The notes: generated by a model from the sequence alone, not told the origin. A stretch of DNA of 64,000 nucleotides from Sminthopsis crassicaudata (GCF_048593235.1 NC_133619.1:322414454-322478453); one strand, 5' to 3'; positions 12,624 through 26,060 are shown, numbered from the stretch's first letter. Made by a program: numbers and translations.

Positions 12624-13857
12624 AAATGAGGATTAATATTTTCAGCTAAATTCAGGTTTGTGGCGAAGACATAGAATAAGAAAGAGAAATTATGATTAAG
12701 TGGAATGAGCTTTAATTTAAAATGAGATATTTTAGAAGGAACAGGCTTAGAGGTGAAGGTAGAGAGGAAGCAAATAAATATAAGAAAAGTAGGTAGATAG
12801 GTGAGCAAGAGAGAGATGCACCAAGATAGGAAAAAAGAGCATTCACTAAGAGACAGTTGAATTAACATGGGAATAGAGAGCATTGGGGCGAAACAGGTTG
12901 CTAGAAGGCTGGGTATGGTAGCTGACTTGTTGAAATATTCACCACACACTCTGAAATAACAGATGTGCACAGAAGGCGTTATGCGTGCCTTTGTAATTCA
13001 CCATTTTCTAAGCCTTTTTCCTCTCATAAGCCTCTCCCCTAACCATGTACTTCTTCTATCTGCCTGGCTGCTTCCCATCAACAAGGCCCTTTCCTCTTAT
13101 TTTCCAATGAAAGGAATAACTCTTTCCCAGGGTTCCTTCTTCCCACTCAACCATATTTATATATTATTTCATTTCTATGGAAGGAAGTTGGCCAAACAAA
13201 TTTTATTTGGGTAAAGACATTCTAATTCCAGATAAGGTTTTGTAAATCTTCTGTTATCATTTCTTTCTCTATATACCTCACTGCTTTCCTGATTTCTTTC
13301 ATCAGTCTTTCCAAGAGTATTTATTGAGTACCCACTGTGTGCAAAGCTCTGTATCTATATCTACATACCAAACTACATAAAGATAATAAAGAAAAAAAGT
13401 TAGTTTTCAGGGAATTAAAATTTAGTTATAGGGATAAAAATGGTGTAAAATTTGCTTTTCCTCAAAATGATTTTGAATTATGGGGTTGCCTTGATTTTTA
13501 AAGTAAGTGGGTGCAAAAGAGGAATTGCTAAAATTTCTGTGCTAACATTTGGGTTTGGGATTGTAAATGTTTTAAGTATTAAAGAGAAAATAATAAAGAA
13601 CTCTGAACAAATGGGAACTTCCTTTAACTTGCAAAATTGTAAATCTCTAAATAGAGATGTTATAAAGGAACTTATATCCAATTTCAGGATGAGGGGTCAG
13701 CCTTAAAGAGAACTAAAGTGTGATGAACAGAGAAAGAGTCTTGCTTCTAGAGGGAGCTTGCCATGACCATGGGACACAAAAGAGTGATTTCAGGAAAAAG
13801 AAAGGTTTATATTAAGGAAACAGATAAATGACATATCCTAATGACATAATTTAAAGT

Positions 13858-13980
13858 GGGAAGCAGTTTAGTATGTTAGAAAATTCTCTGACTCTAGAGA
13901 CAGAGAAGCTGGGTTAAAATCCTGTCTCTGATACTTACAATTTATGTGATCTTGGAGAAGTCATTACTTCCCTACTTTCC
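13858..13980 (+). mobile_element. MIR
   Basis: gaagcagtttagtatgttagaaaa...ctgggttaaaatcctgtctctgatactta...tgtgatcttggagaagtca. Confidence 0.7.
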
Positions 13981-14019
13981 CAGGAGAAAAATGAGTTCAA
14001 AAATTCTGGATTTATGATG

Positions 14020-14929
14020 CTGTAACACTAATGATGGTGTATAGGATTGTATAAGCATTGAATCTCCCAAACATATTGGGGTTCCAATCTCTCCCTGTGT
14101 GAACTATCAAATGTTGTAATATGAAGGTGTTGAATCCCCAAAATATATTAGCATTTGGGGCCAGATACCATTGGATGGTATCTCAAAAGAGTTTGTAGGC
14201 TTAGACCAACTCCAGATCAAGAGACAAAATGTTTTATTATGCTGTTGACAGGGGGCTAAGTTCCAAACAAGAGTTTAGCTATTAATAAGAGGAAAGACAT
14301 AACAAGGTAGGCTAAGTTCCTAATGAACCTGCAAGGCCATAAAGTGGGCTAAATTAGGAGTTAGTGGGGGATTATGCCATTGATTGGCCAGCTAACCCTA
14401 ACAGGAGTTAGCATCCTAAAAGGAGTTAGCAGAGCATTATGTCTTTTATGAGGAAATATAATCTCAGGGGTTGACATCATAACTTGACCTGATTGTTGGA
14501 TATAGTAACTGTGTGGTCATGATCATTTTGTCCATACAAGGAATTTGACAAGGAATTCAACAATGATCCATTGCCAAAAAAAAAAAAAAAAAAAAAAAAA
14601 GATCCATTTAAGGATAAAAAAAGGTCCACTAAGAACAAAAGAACAAAAACTTAGACAGATAATCCTGTCAATACTGCTCCCTGCTTGCCTCTGGGAGTAG
14701 CTCTGACAGTAATTCAAAACTAAATTCAGGCCTGAATTTTTACTATTAAGCTCCTCCCTATGACCTATTCAGTTACCAAAGATTTGGAGTCTTTTTTGCT
14801 GGGGTCTTATTCTCTCCATTACCAATGTAGAGATTAAGGATCATAACCTATGTCAAAAGGCTAGGAAAACATTTAGAGACAAAATGATACCTGGGAAATA
14901 GCAGGTGAGCAGCTGAGGCAGCTGAATAC
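14020..14929 (-). mobile_element. Probable ERV LTR-like element (ends uncertain)
   Basis: In minus orientation: CCAAT (about 14383), TATA-like cataaaag (about 14445) and AATAAA-like (about 14232) occur in LTR order. It has short internal direct repeats and is interrupted by a poly(A) tract and abutted by an L1. Confidence 0.45.
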
Positions 14930-14945
14930 AGAAATGAAGATTCTG

Positions 14946-15531
14946 TGGATGTCCATCAATTGGAGAATGGTTGGGTAAATTATGGTATATGAAGGTTATG
15001 GAATATTATTGCTCTGTAAGAAATGACCAGCAGAATGAATACAGAGAGGCTTGGAGAGACTTACATCAACTGATGCTGAGTGAAATGAGCAGAACCAGAA
15101 GATCACTATACACTTCAACAACAACACTGTATGAGGATGTATTCTGATGGAAGTGGAAATCTTCAACATAAAGAAGATCCAACTCACTTCCATTTGATCA
15201 ATGATGGCCAGAGGTAGCTACACCCAGAGAAGAAACACTGGGAAGTGAATGTAAATTGTTAGCACTACTGTCTATCTACCCGGGTTACTTATACCTTCGG
15301 AATCTAATACTTAACGTGCAACAAGAAAATTGGATTTACACACATATATTGTATCTAGGTTATATTGTAACACATGTAAAATGTATGAGATTGCCTGTCA
15401 TCGGGGGGAGGGAATGGAGGGAGGGAGGGGAAAATCTGGAAAACTGAATACAAGGGATAATATTATAAAAAAATTACTCATGCATATATACTGTCAAAAA
15501 ATGTATAATTATAAAATTAATTTAAAAAAAA
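14946..15531 (+). mobile_element. Young 5'-truncated L1 with a perfect 16-bp TSD
   Basis: ORF2 tail, 3'UTR, G-rich tract and A-tail. AGAAATGAAGATTCTG occurs at 14930-14945 and 15532-15547. Highly similar to the copies at about 51470-52050 and 63770-64000. Confidence 0.95.
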
Positions 15532-16089
15532 AGAAATGAAGATTCTGAACAGATTCCAAAGATTGAACTAATCCAAAAGATGTCCACTAGAGACCAAAGT
15601 TGGGACCCAAGGTTATAGTTTGACCCAGAAAACAGGATAAACAAACAAAAAGAAGGACAAATTCAAACCCCAATCAATGTGTAGTGATATAAGTATATAA
15701 ATAAATGTATTTGAAACTGTATAAAGCTAGCTGAAAAATAAGAGTGGGTTAGTTATATCTTTCCCTGCCCTTAGTTCTATGTAGTTTGGATGTTAACTCA
15801 AAGTTGACTTACAGTTTATATTATTTATATTGTTTTTGGATAGGGAGTATTCAAAATATTAAGAAGTACTCAAGGAGAAAAGGCAATAGGAAAAGCAATT
15901 TTTGATGAAGAAATGACCCGAAGATGATAGAGTTGATTTCTTTTAAGAAACACAAGAAGTGGATACTTCCTGGTTTTCTTGTCTTTCCTTAGAACTTAAC
16001 AAGTTGGTAGTGGTTATATGATTAAACTGACCCTCCCTTTAGCTATCTAGACTATTGCTTGAACCTTATCCATGCCTGTTTTTACCTTT

Positions 16090-16260
16090 GGTGTTGTTCA
16101 CTAATTTCAGTCATTTCCCATTCTTAGTGATTCCATTTGGGGTTTTCTTGGAAAAGATATTGGAGTAGTTTGCCATTTCCTTCTCCAGTCCATTTTACAG
16201 ATGAAGAAACTAAAACAAACAGGGTTAAGTGACTAAATCAGGGACGAGTGTCTTGAATTA
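16090..16260 (-). mobile_element. MAR1 SINE
   Basis: ggggttttcttggaaaagatattggagtagtttgccatttccttctccag...cattttacagatgaagaaact: RTE-type tail fused to the CORE. Confidence 0.8.
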
Positions 16261-16854
16261 ACCTACTATTTTTAACCTATTGACCTTAAACCCTCTTGGA
16301 CTTCAGCTCTCAGATTTGGGGGCACTTTCTGCAGACTCTTCAGCTTTGATTTTCATTTTCCGGGAAAGCAGTTTTGAATACTAAATGTGGGTAATTGCAT
16401 GCGTAACATCTACAATATCTTCCAATTCTATAATTCTACAAGTTGATATATTTATGAATGAAGAAACCCATATAAGAACACTAAAGGCACAGTAAGTAAG
16501 GAAAATGAGGTAGGAAACAAAACAAACTCTGCCTTGTTCACAATATTAACAAAGTTTGGCCTTAGGTATAGTATAGCATCTGGTGACTACCCCTACAGCA
16601 TACCAGCCTTTCTTATCAGAATAAAACCCATGTAGTTGAAATATCAGTAAGCATTTAGAATGAGAGAACACAGCTGCTCTGTCCTTCAGGCCTAGAGGCA
16701 GAAAGACCAAATATCTTTGCAGCAGCAACAGGAGTAAAAATAGTGGGAGGTAGAGGAGGAAAGAAGAAAGTAGCTTCCTATAATGGAAAAACAACTTTCC
16801 CTAGCACTGCACCTCAAATACTTGTTTTACTAGTAAGTCTTAATGTAATAACAA

Positions 16855-17340
16855 AAGCAGATATTTCTATAACATTTTGTAGTTTATAGAACATTTTACA
16901 TATCTCTCCTCATTTTAACTTCATGATAAACCAGGAAAGTAGATTATATGGACATCATTCCCATTTTACAAATAAAGAACCTGAGGATTAAGTAAATGAA
17001 GTGGTCATATAATGAGTGTCTGAGTTAGTGTTTGAATCTTTCCTCACAGAGCAAGAAAGTGTCTGGACAGTAACATCCTTACATTAAATCTAGCAGCTAG
17101 GTAGTCTAGGGGAGAGAATGTTGGACTTACAGTCAGGAAGATCTGAGTTTGATGCTTCAGACATGTTCTAGTCCCTGGACCCTAAGTAAACCACTTAACC
17201 TCTCTCAATCTTATTTTTTAATCTGTAAAATTAGGATAATAATAGTCCTTATCTCATAGGCTTATTCTAAGGACTAGAACTCTGCTTATTCTTTGCAAAT
17301 CTTGAAGTGCTATGGAAATGTTCATCATTATTATCTACTA
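16855..17340. mobile_element. Two adjacent MIRs (minus about 16855-17050, plus about 17088-17340)
   Basis: cccattttacaaataaagaacctgagg (reverse CORE), then gcagctaggtagt...gtcaggaagatctgagttt...cacttaacctctctcaat...tctgtaaaatt. Confidence 0.75.
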
Positions 17341-18633
17341 TGCCATGCATAAATATAATATTATCTTAACACCACAAAAATGGATTAAGGAAAAATTGTC
17401 TTAGATTCAAACCAGTTGCAGATCCACATTGAGTGCTTCTATCCTTGTGGACAAAGCTATAGAGTTACTGAGGACTACAACTGATGAGCTCCCCATTCTG
17501 AGGATAATCCCCAATGTATTACTTCCAGCATCACCTCTAGCAGCACCCTGCCTCTCCCCCCAATTCTGGGATTTTCTACCAGATGGGGAAGAAGGTCATT
17601 ATCACCAATAACACTGACTACAGCATTTTGGTCCTCTCCTTCATTAGTCTACCTCCTTCCCAAATACCCAGCAGCCTCTGATGAAGGCTGTGGATACAGT
17701 CTCCTGCAAATCCCAAGGCCCCTAACTAACACTTCGCTTGTCACCGGGGTCATCACTGAGCCGTACACGATTTTCTTTGCTAACCCCCAGCTGAGTAAAC
17801 TGCTTTCTCAGCACCACATTTTCCTCTAATGTGATTGTTTCACAAAGGCAAAGGATAAAATGAAGTGCCAGAGTGATTCTTGTGCTTGAAGTCACAGGGT
17901 ATGTCTGTAGGTGCTCATAGTCTCTTTGACTAAAAAATGCTTCATACTATATAACCCAAGATACCCTAATATTCCCCTTATTTTCTTCTCAATATATATT
18001 TATATACTCCTCCCCCAATTTGGTCCCTATCTCAAGAGATATCGCTCATGTCAATATGGCCTTTAGTTCTCTAGGCCATTATTAAAATAAACGTATAAAA
18101 ATTATATAGTAGCATTTCTCCTAATTACAGTAGAGCTCCTATACTATAATTCAATAACATTTAAAAATATTTATTCCATCTAATACACTCTGGTAAGTAG
18201 AAGGGTTCAAAGAGAAAAACAAAATAGTTTCTATTCTCAAGAAGCTTATAGTCTATTGGGATCAGGGGGGTAGCATGTATATGTTTGTACTCATACATTC
18301 TTTGTATGCATATATTATATACATTTTCACACATATATGTTCAAAGTCCAGAGTAAAAGAGTCCAAATCTTTGTAATCCCATTTGGGTTCTGCTTTGTTT
18401 TGTTTGTTTGTTTGTTTTTGTTTTGTTTTGTTTTTTGTTTTCTTTTGCAAGAATAGTTGTTTGCTGTTTCCTTCTCTCAGCTCATTTGACAGATGAGGAA
18501 ACTGAGGTAAACAAGATTAATGACTTGCTCAGAGCTTGTAAATATCTGAGGCCAGATCTGAACTCAGAAGATGAGATTTCTTTACTCCAGACAAATTTTT
18601 GACTAAGACAGCTAGCTGCCCCTGGTGTATACC

Positions 18634-18637
18634 AGAC

Positions 18638-18712
<75 letters not shown>
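18634..18712. repeat. Compound (GACA)n(CA)n microsatellite
   Basis: Seen directly. It explains the CVCV/LSVC ORFs at 18482-18739. Confidence 0.97.
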
Positions 18713-18715
<3 letters not shown>

Positions 18716-19454
18716 CTCTACAAAGCAATTTAAAGACAATAATAAATGAAGGTTGCATTTAGGTTAGGGATTTTTTAGGTCATTAACTTCTTTGGGGATT
18801 CTATGAGGCAAAATGAGGAAGGAGTACACTTTAGAAATGGAAGATTGTTTTCCCAATGTCATGAGGGGAAGGTAATATAATAGCAAAGAAGAGCTAGGAT
18901 TGCATGGAACAGAGTGATACAAAATAAGATTTTAATAGTAAGTAGGAATCAGATTGAAGAGGATCTTATGGGAGAGTTTAGTATTCCAAAAGCAATAGGG
19001 AGCTGTTGAAGATTTTTGAGAAAGAAGGTTACATGACCACATCTGTGGTTTAGGATTATCAATCTGCCAAATGTGTCAAATATAAACAGATATCATTAAG
19101 AAATGGCTCTTTACTCAGCCCCTGTCTTACCATATACTCCATAACATTAATTCTAAATCTCTTCCTGTAATCAATAGCATCCATCTCACAGCTCTCTCAT
19201 TTTTGTCTCAACTTATACAAGTGGCTTTTATATTCGGCTTTGTGACTCAAATACTTAAATTTATTCAGCATAAAGCATCTCCCAGATATAACTTCCATAA
19301 AAGTATATCTTATTCTTGTCCTATACTATGCAGAAGAATGAAAATTTTCTGAGAAAGGTCTGACATGAGATTAACTAATGCTCTGATCTGTTGGTCTGTT
19401 ACAAAGGTCTATTATTGTCGCTTCTTCCTTAGCCTTCTTGCAACACATATAAGC

Positions 19455-19800
19455 ATGATTTTAATGTGATGCAATAGAAAAAGAATTGAAGTAAGACTTG
19501 GGAGTTTGGGATTCCAGTTTGGACAAGTCATTTAACTTCTCTGGAATCTCTCTTCCCTTATCTATAAAATGTGAGGTTGAATTAAGTGATACTTTTCATA
19601 TAATAATAGTTTCCAGAGTATGTTTACATACATAATATTATTTGTTCCTACAGGATGGATAAGAATTATTATCTCCATTTTACTGTTGAGATAACTGAAT
19701 CCCTAAGAGGCAAAGTGATGTGTCCAAGCTTACTAGGCAGACAGCTAGTGAGTAGCAGAGGTAGGACTTAAATCCAGATTCTTTTTGATCTTGAGCCTCT
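19455..19800. mobile_element. Two MIRs (plus, then minus)
   Basis: ggacaagtcatttaacttctctgg...tctataaaatg, then ccattttactgttgagataactga...gtgatgtgtccaag. Confidence 0.65.
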
Positions 19801-21374
19801 AAGGTTATTCCTAGTTCAAAAATGTTATGATTCTATGGTTTTCCTCTTTCTTGTTCTAGTTAAGGAAATCTCTTTCTATAGCCTTAAAAGTACAGGGGTG
19901 TAGCAGGGATTTAGGAGAAGAAAAAGAGATGCTCTTTCTTGAGCTAAGAGCTGAATTATTCAATTAAAAATGAGGGCAGGACATGCATAATGAAGCTTGA
20001 TGCACCAAAAGTAAGAGAATGACAGGCATTAGAAAGTTTAGGTGTGATCTCAGGAAAAGAAAAGAAAAGGGGGGGAACTGATGAATAAAATATTGAAACA
20101 TACATTTTTTATGAAGCCCTACAGAGCTCCTGAGTCTGTTGTTTTCTTTTGGTTTCACATGTTAACTGGTGCGGTTTCCCTCTGAGATTCTTCCACCTCT
20201 CAATAATTTTGCCAGGCACTTGACTACATGTGGAATTTCTTTGGCTGCATCTTAGCTAGGGATGAGAAAATGAGGAGGTTGGAGTGGGGAAGAAGAAAAT
20301 AGAGAAAGGCAAAAGGGGAGAGGGGCACAAGAGAAGAAAACTAACTCAAATGTAGCCAGATATTCTGATCAGTGGAAAGAGGGAGAAAGAATATCTATAT
20401 TTAAAGAAGATGACAAACTGGGAGTGAGGAGTCTCTATGAAATGAGTCCTGTGTTTTCTGAGGTGGGGGTGTGGGGGGGGGGAGGCAGGGGTGGTATGTA
20501 TTATAAAGAGGAACTTGATATAGATGATTGAAATAAACTCCAGGAAAGATGTTGAATCATAGTTGATTCCTGGATGATTATTGGGGAGGGGAAAGACCAG
20601 AACCTTCCTGTACTTCAAATGATGTTGGTCCTTGTAGCTATTGGTCCTTTAGGTATTGGCTTATTTGTTATTATCTCTATTAAACTAGCTCCTCATCCTC
20701 TTCTCTTCTGCCCTTGGGAAATGATTTCAAAAAGCTTACTTTTTAGGTAGTTGATATGTATAGTTATTATTTTGCTTCTCCCTTCACCTGTCTTCTTTTT
20801 TTTTAATACCAGCACAGAAACATTTTGAGAGTTGAGAGGTTGGGGGAAAGAAGGGAGGCTAGCAAGGAGAAGGTGAGATAGGAATTTTCACAAGATGACG
20901 ATTTTCAAGCAATAGCAAAATGTTTGAAGATTTGTAAAAAAAACTAGCAATGTGTCATGACACATTTCTGTAGCAAACAATGCCCTAATAGAACTCATAA
21001 TCTAACCTACAGAATTCTGCCATTCCCCACCACCATCTTCCTTTCGAATCATCTATTGTAATTCTTATTCTAGTCAATTCTGTCAGTTGTAACTTTGTGA
21101 TCAAGTCAAACTTTTACTATTTCAGTATTAAATTGAATTTGAACTTGGGTATCAATTCAATTCCAGTCAGTCAACATTTATTGAATGACCACAAAGAAGG
21201 AACTTTAACTTTCTGTATAAGTCACATATTCACAATTGACCCAAACCTGGAACATGGAAAGTAAGCTGAAAAAGTTTACTCTCTTATAATACTATTAGGC
21301 CTTTTTATTTTAATTCTGTCCTTAAAAGCTACAGATTTACTCAATGTAAAAAAAAAGAATTGTCTGGTGTTTGG

Positions 21375-21390
21375 AACACTAGATGGCAGC
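21375..21390 (+). promoter_or_regulatory. Candidate CTCF site
   Basis: AACACTAGATGGCAGC matches the CTCF core CCASYAGRKGGCRS at all but the first core base. Confidence 0.55.
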
Positions 21391-21849
21391 TGGAACATTT
21401 GATTTAAGGTTTTTCTATTCTTTCAGCAGTGGCACCATTTCTACCTAAAATGATTCTTTCTTCATACATTCATGACACGGAGTTGAAAAGAAAACTTAAA
21501 GATCATCTATTCCAATTACTCATTTTGCCAATAAGGAAACTGTTCTACAGTAAGAAAGTGTCCTAACTAAGATCATGTAGTTTATAAGTAGCTAAACCTA
21601 ATTTCAGGTTTTATTCTAAAAACAATGCTATCTTTCACTAAACAATGAGCTTAAAAGGACTTTAAAGAACATCTGATCCAATACTAACTTTCAAATCTTA
21701 CTAGGTATGACTCATGCTATATATCACATATAGCAAGATATAATATATCATGTATACATATATAAACATGCATATGCATATATATTGTATATATAGATAC
21801 ACACATATATACACACAAACTACCTATAATCCTTTTTGCATATTCTATG

Positions 21850-23125
21850 GTCCATCAAACTGGACCTCATAAATTACACTCTATCTTCCATCTTCATGTC
21901 TTTACCTTAGTGATCTTTCATACCTGAAATGAACTCCTTTCCTACTTTCACTTTTTAAAATCCCTTCTTTCCTTCATAATATCTTAAGTACCACTATCTC
22001 CAAAACTCTTCCTGATTCTCTTATTATCTTGTGCACCTCCTCCCAATAACCTTGTAGTTATTTAGCAAAATAGATATGAAGTGATTTTTTTTGGGGGGGA
22101 GCAGGGGGCATTTATAGTTGGCAGAATATAAAAAAAAAAGCTTCAGGAAAAGGTAATGCTTGAGTTAGATTTTGTAAGAAATTAAAGATTATAAGAAGGA
22201 GGAGGAAGAGGGAATACATTCCAGACCTGAGGAATAACCAGGGCATGAAAATGAGAAATAGATAGTAAAAGGCAGGTAATGTATGAGAAAGACCTCATAC
22301 ACAGATTATAAGTGTATGTATATTTATATTCATAAATGTATTTTTCAATATTTGATTTATTAGTTTCTCTTTCTTTTCTTTTTCTGAGATCATACCTTTA
22401 TACAGTATATTTGAATGCATATATAGCATGTATATTTATTATCATACATACACACACACACATACACATGCGCACATATACATGAATTGAAGCAGCAAGA
22501 TACCCTAAGGAAGAAATAAGAATTAGCAAGAACTAGGGCAGTTATACTACCACCATTTTCACCAGATTCCTTCAGACCCAAATAGAAATAGTGAGGACCC
22601 TGAACCCAAATAGTCTAACAATATCAGTCCCCCCAAGACCACATTCTACAATCATTACTGAAGTGAGTACCCACCTTCCTCACCACTGCCAAGATTAACT
22701 TCTATCTAACTGCCACTTTGGCACGGGTAAATTCAAGGATGGTAGGAAACTTAGTACCCCTTAGATCACAAGTTTTGCTTCCTCCCAATCTTTATAACCA
22801 TTACTCTGGGGAATGGCTCTTGGGGAGATTCATTCTGGCAAAGGCCTTGCCATTTTCAAATGTTTTAACATCAGAAATTGAATGATTTTATTAGTAGAAA
22901 AAACTTTAAGACTATGCATTATCATCTGCTTTGCTACTGTACTCTAAGGACCAGGGACCTTTCCATTTGACTAAGCATAATGTTTGCAAGTTACAAATAT
23001 TTAATGTTTTTTTTACTCATTCCATTCATTCATTTAAAATCCTGCTAGACTATAAGTTCCTAGAAGACATGGATTGTTTAATTTTCATAACTGGTCCACA
23101 GTAAGTACTTAATAAATGATTTTTG
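21850..23125. mobile_element. Cluster of L2 fragments (both strands)
   Basis: L2 3' body at 21850-22060 (+), reverse L2 at 22070-22300, and L2 tails such as ctagactataagttcctaga...acagtaagtacttaataaatg at about 23040-23125. Confidence 0.55.
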
Positions 23126-23864
23126 ATTATTTGGTAAGGATATAAGCCTAAATAAATTGGATAATTTCCCTAAGATAATGTAGAGAATTAATGAGAAAGC
23201 TGGAACTAGATATTAGGCTTTCTGATCCAAGGCCAGAGATTTGAATGGTGGATGAAGATTGAAGTGAGCATCTGAGACTACTTTCAGTTTCCTGATACTA
23301 TAGGCACTACAAAAATTCATAGAAAATTATCAGAACTAGTTTATCTTTAGTAAATGACAAGTTTAACTAGAAGAAATAGTTGGAAGAAATAGTTTAGCAA
23401 GGTGCTTACTTAGTATAATCATTCTTAATTGTGGAAATTGAAATTATGAGTAATATTTAACTCCATGGTTTGGGGAGCAGTTTGTAATTTTATCCATGGA
23501 GATAGGGGGTATGAATTAGCATAAAAAGGCTTTTCAATTTACGCTGAAAAAAAAATCTGACACTCTAGTTCCAAAACTAATTAGCATATTTAAGGAAGTA
23601 AATTCCTTCTCTAAATGAAAAGTAATCTATCTTTCTGGGGACTTCACCCTTAAAAAGGGAAATAATATGGCATTAGAGTGATGCCAATTAGAGTCAATGT
23701 ACAAAAGGACTAAGAATTTGTAACTTAACCTAAGGGAATACTAGATAGATTAAGCAATAATTAATAGTAGAAGTTTAGTCAACAAGAAAGTGAAAACTAT
23801 CCACATGTTTTAATCTTCTTAATAGTATATAGTTTATTGAATAGTTAAATATGATTACATTTTT

Positions 23865-24420
23865 ATTTTCTTTACTTTTTAAAGATTTTTGTTTTTATAT
23901 CTTTCTCCATTATATTATTTCCTTTCTGTCTCTAAGCAAATCTTTCTTTATAATAGTGTTCTATACCCATAGTCCCTCACTTTTGCAAGGAGAGGAAAAT
24001 GCATTTTAATGTCTCTTCTTTGGGGCTAAGCCTGCTCATTATAATTTCACAGGAATAATTTTGTTTGTTGTTGTTTTCCCCCACTTATATTGTACGTATG
24101 GTTTTTTTTTTCTGGTTCTATTTAATTTGCATCATTTCATATAAATTCTCCCATGCTTCTCTGTATAATTCATATTTATCATTCTTCTCTATAGTAACAC
24201 TTCCTTACATGCATTAACCACAATTTATTCATCTATCCTTTAATCCACAAACAGCTACTTTGTTTCAACTTCTTTTTTTCCTACCAAAAATGCTGGTATA
24301 ATCAGTTTGATGTCTGTGGAAACTTTCCCCCACCTTATCTTTGACTTATTTGGTGATATATTGGTATATACCTGGCTGAGCTATGTTTGTGCTTTCTTAG
24401 CATAATTCAAAAGTTATGTT
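23865..24420 (-). mobile_element. Old L1 3' end
   Basis: T-rich start, then reverse-complement L1 3'UTR/ORF2 end (cattaaccacaatttattcatctatcc...ctttgtttcaacttctt). Confidence 0.65.
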
Positions 24421-24639
24421 GCTATGTGAATAAAGAGCATGAGTATGTATTTTCATGTATTATATGTATACAATGTATATTGTAGAATATGTGACTACAT
24501 ACATACACACATACTATGGAAACAAGAACTTGTAACAAAACTCTGTGAAAGGCAAAGTAAGTATTATCCTTGTTTTACAGATTAGGATTATTTGATTTGT
24601 GCCTAATGGAAGTCTTTGTATTTGAAATCTTTATCCATT

Positions 24640-24890
24640 ATCATGTTGAATCCTTTCAGTCATGTCTGATCTTTGTGATTCAATTTTGAGGTTTTTGTAG
24701 CAAAAATACTGGAATGGTTTGCCTTTTTATTCTCAAATTCATTTTACAGATGAAGAAACTAAAGCAAAAAGGATTAAGTGACTTTCCCAGTGTCCCACAG
24801 TTAGTGTCTGAGGCCAGATTTGAACTCAGGAAGATGACGCTTTTGGACTCCAGGCTTGGCACTCTGTTCATTATGACACCTAGCTTCTCT
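24640..24890 (-). mobile_element. MAR1 SINE
   Basis: gcaaaaatactggaatggtttgcc...cattttacagatgaagaaact...gtgtctgaggccagatttgaactcaggaagatg. Confidence 0.88.
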
Positions 24891-25829
24891 TTAACACTTG
24901 TCAGTAGTCTCTATTAATTCATCTGGTGGAAGCTATCAGTCACTATGTATCCATATTGTTTAGGACAAACTACCTTTATGAATGCATAAAATGCAAAAGT
25001 GCACTTAGTTTTCAGAGGCTATATTATGTGAGGTAGAAAGAATAGTATTTATGTTGCAAAGTAAGAGGCTACTAAAAATAATACATTCCCTTCATAAGAA
25101 AGAATTGAGGTAGAGGAACAAGAGCAATGGAGTCAGAAAATCTGAATTTGGGTTTGGATTCTCAAAAGATTTTTTTGAAGATTACATAAAGCCTTGTATA
25201 AATCATATATTGGTACTGAACAGAAAGAAGGAAGAGTCAGAGATCAGGAGACATGAAGTCAAATTCTCTTTCTTCCATATGTGTGGAAGTGCTTGTGTGA
25301 CCTTAATTAGGCTACTTAAAGTCTTTGGATCTCAGTTTTTCCACCTGTAAAGTGAAAGAATTGGATTAAATCACATTTAAAGTCCCTCCCAGGTCTACAG
25401 CAGTGATCCTGGGATTAGATAGATGTTGTTCCCTCCATTAAAATATAAATCCCTTGATTTAGAAACTTTTTTTTACTTTATTTTTCTTTTGTATTCCTTG
25501 TACTTATCTCAGGATGTAACTCATACTAATAACTTCATAAAATCTTGTTGATTGGTTGATCCTCACTCTATAAATGTCTGCTATTGATTCTATTTTTATT
25601 ATTCACATTGTCATTGGGTGTTGGAGTCTATGAGTTTATGACTACCTTTAGTCCACACATAAAGTAATAACTAATTGTTATAGGTTTTTAAGGTTTATGC
25701 TGTATTTTCCTTGTAACAAATCTCTGAGGAAGGCAAAGTAATATTATTATCCTTGTTTTACAGATTAAGAAACTGAGATAAAGCATGAAAGTCAGGATTT
25801 AAATAGAGTCCTCTAGATTTCATATCCAG

Positions 25830-26060
25830 TTATTGTGGTTCAGTCATTTTCATTCATATTTGACTCTTTATGATCCCATTTAGGATTTTCTTGTTTCCAT
25901 TTCCTTCTCCAACTCATTTTAACAGATTAGGAAACTGAGGCAGAGTTAAGTGACTTACTCAGGATTACACAGCTGGAGTTTTTAAGGCCAGATTTGAATT
26001 GAGGAAGATGAATCTTCCTAATTCTAAACTTGGCACATTACCATTGTAACACCTCACTAG
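25830..26060 (-). mobile_element. MAR1 SINE
   Basis: gttcagtcattttcattcatatttgactctttatgatcccatttagg...ggaaactgaggcagagttaagtgactt...ggccagatttgaa. Confidence 0.85.

Noticed and set aside
12368-12970. Longest ORF in the track (200 aa, minus)
   Set aside because: It reads through a (TC)n microsatellite and pyrimidine-rich DNA, with no splice or domain signature.
14164-14740. Short palindromes (AGATACCAT-tgg-ATGGTATCT; AAATTCAGGCCTGAATTT)
   Set aside because: The 9-bp arms lie inside a repeat and are plausible by chance.
20813-20872. Plus-strand 60-nt exon-like unit (HRNILRVERLGERREASKEK) with good splice sites
   Set aside because: No supporting chain or homology. It is kept as evidence that pseudo-exons occur on both strands.
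22575-22661. Plus-strand 87-nt exon-like unit (TQIEIVRTLNPNSLTISVPPRPHSTIITE)
   Set aside because: Moderate acceptor, no recognisable protein, and opposite to the inferred host strand.
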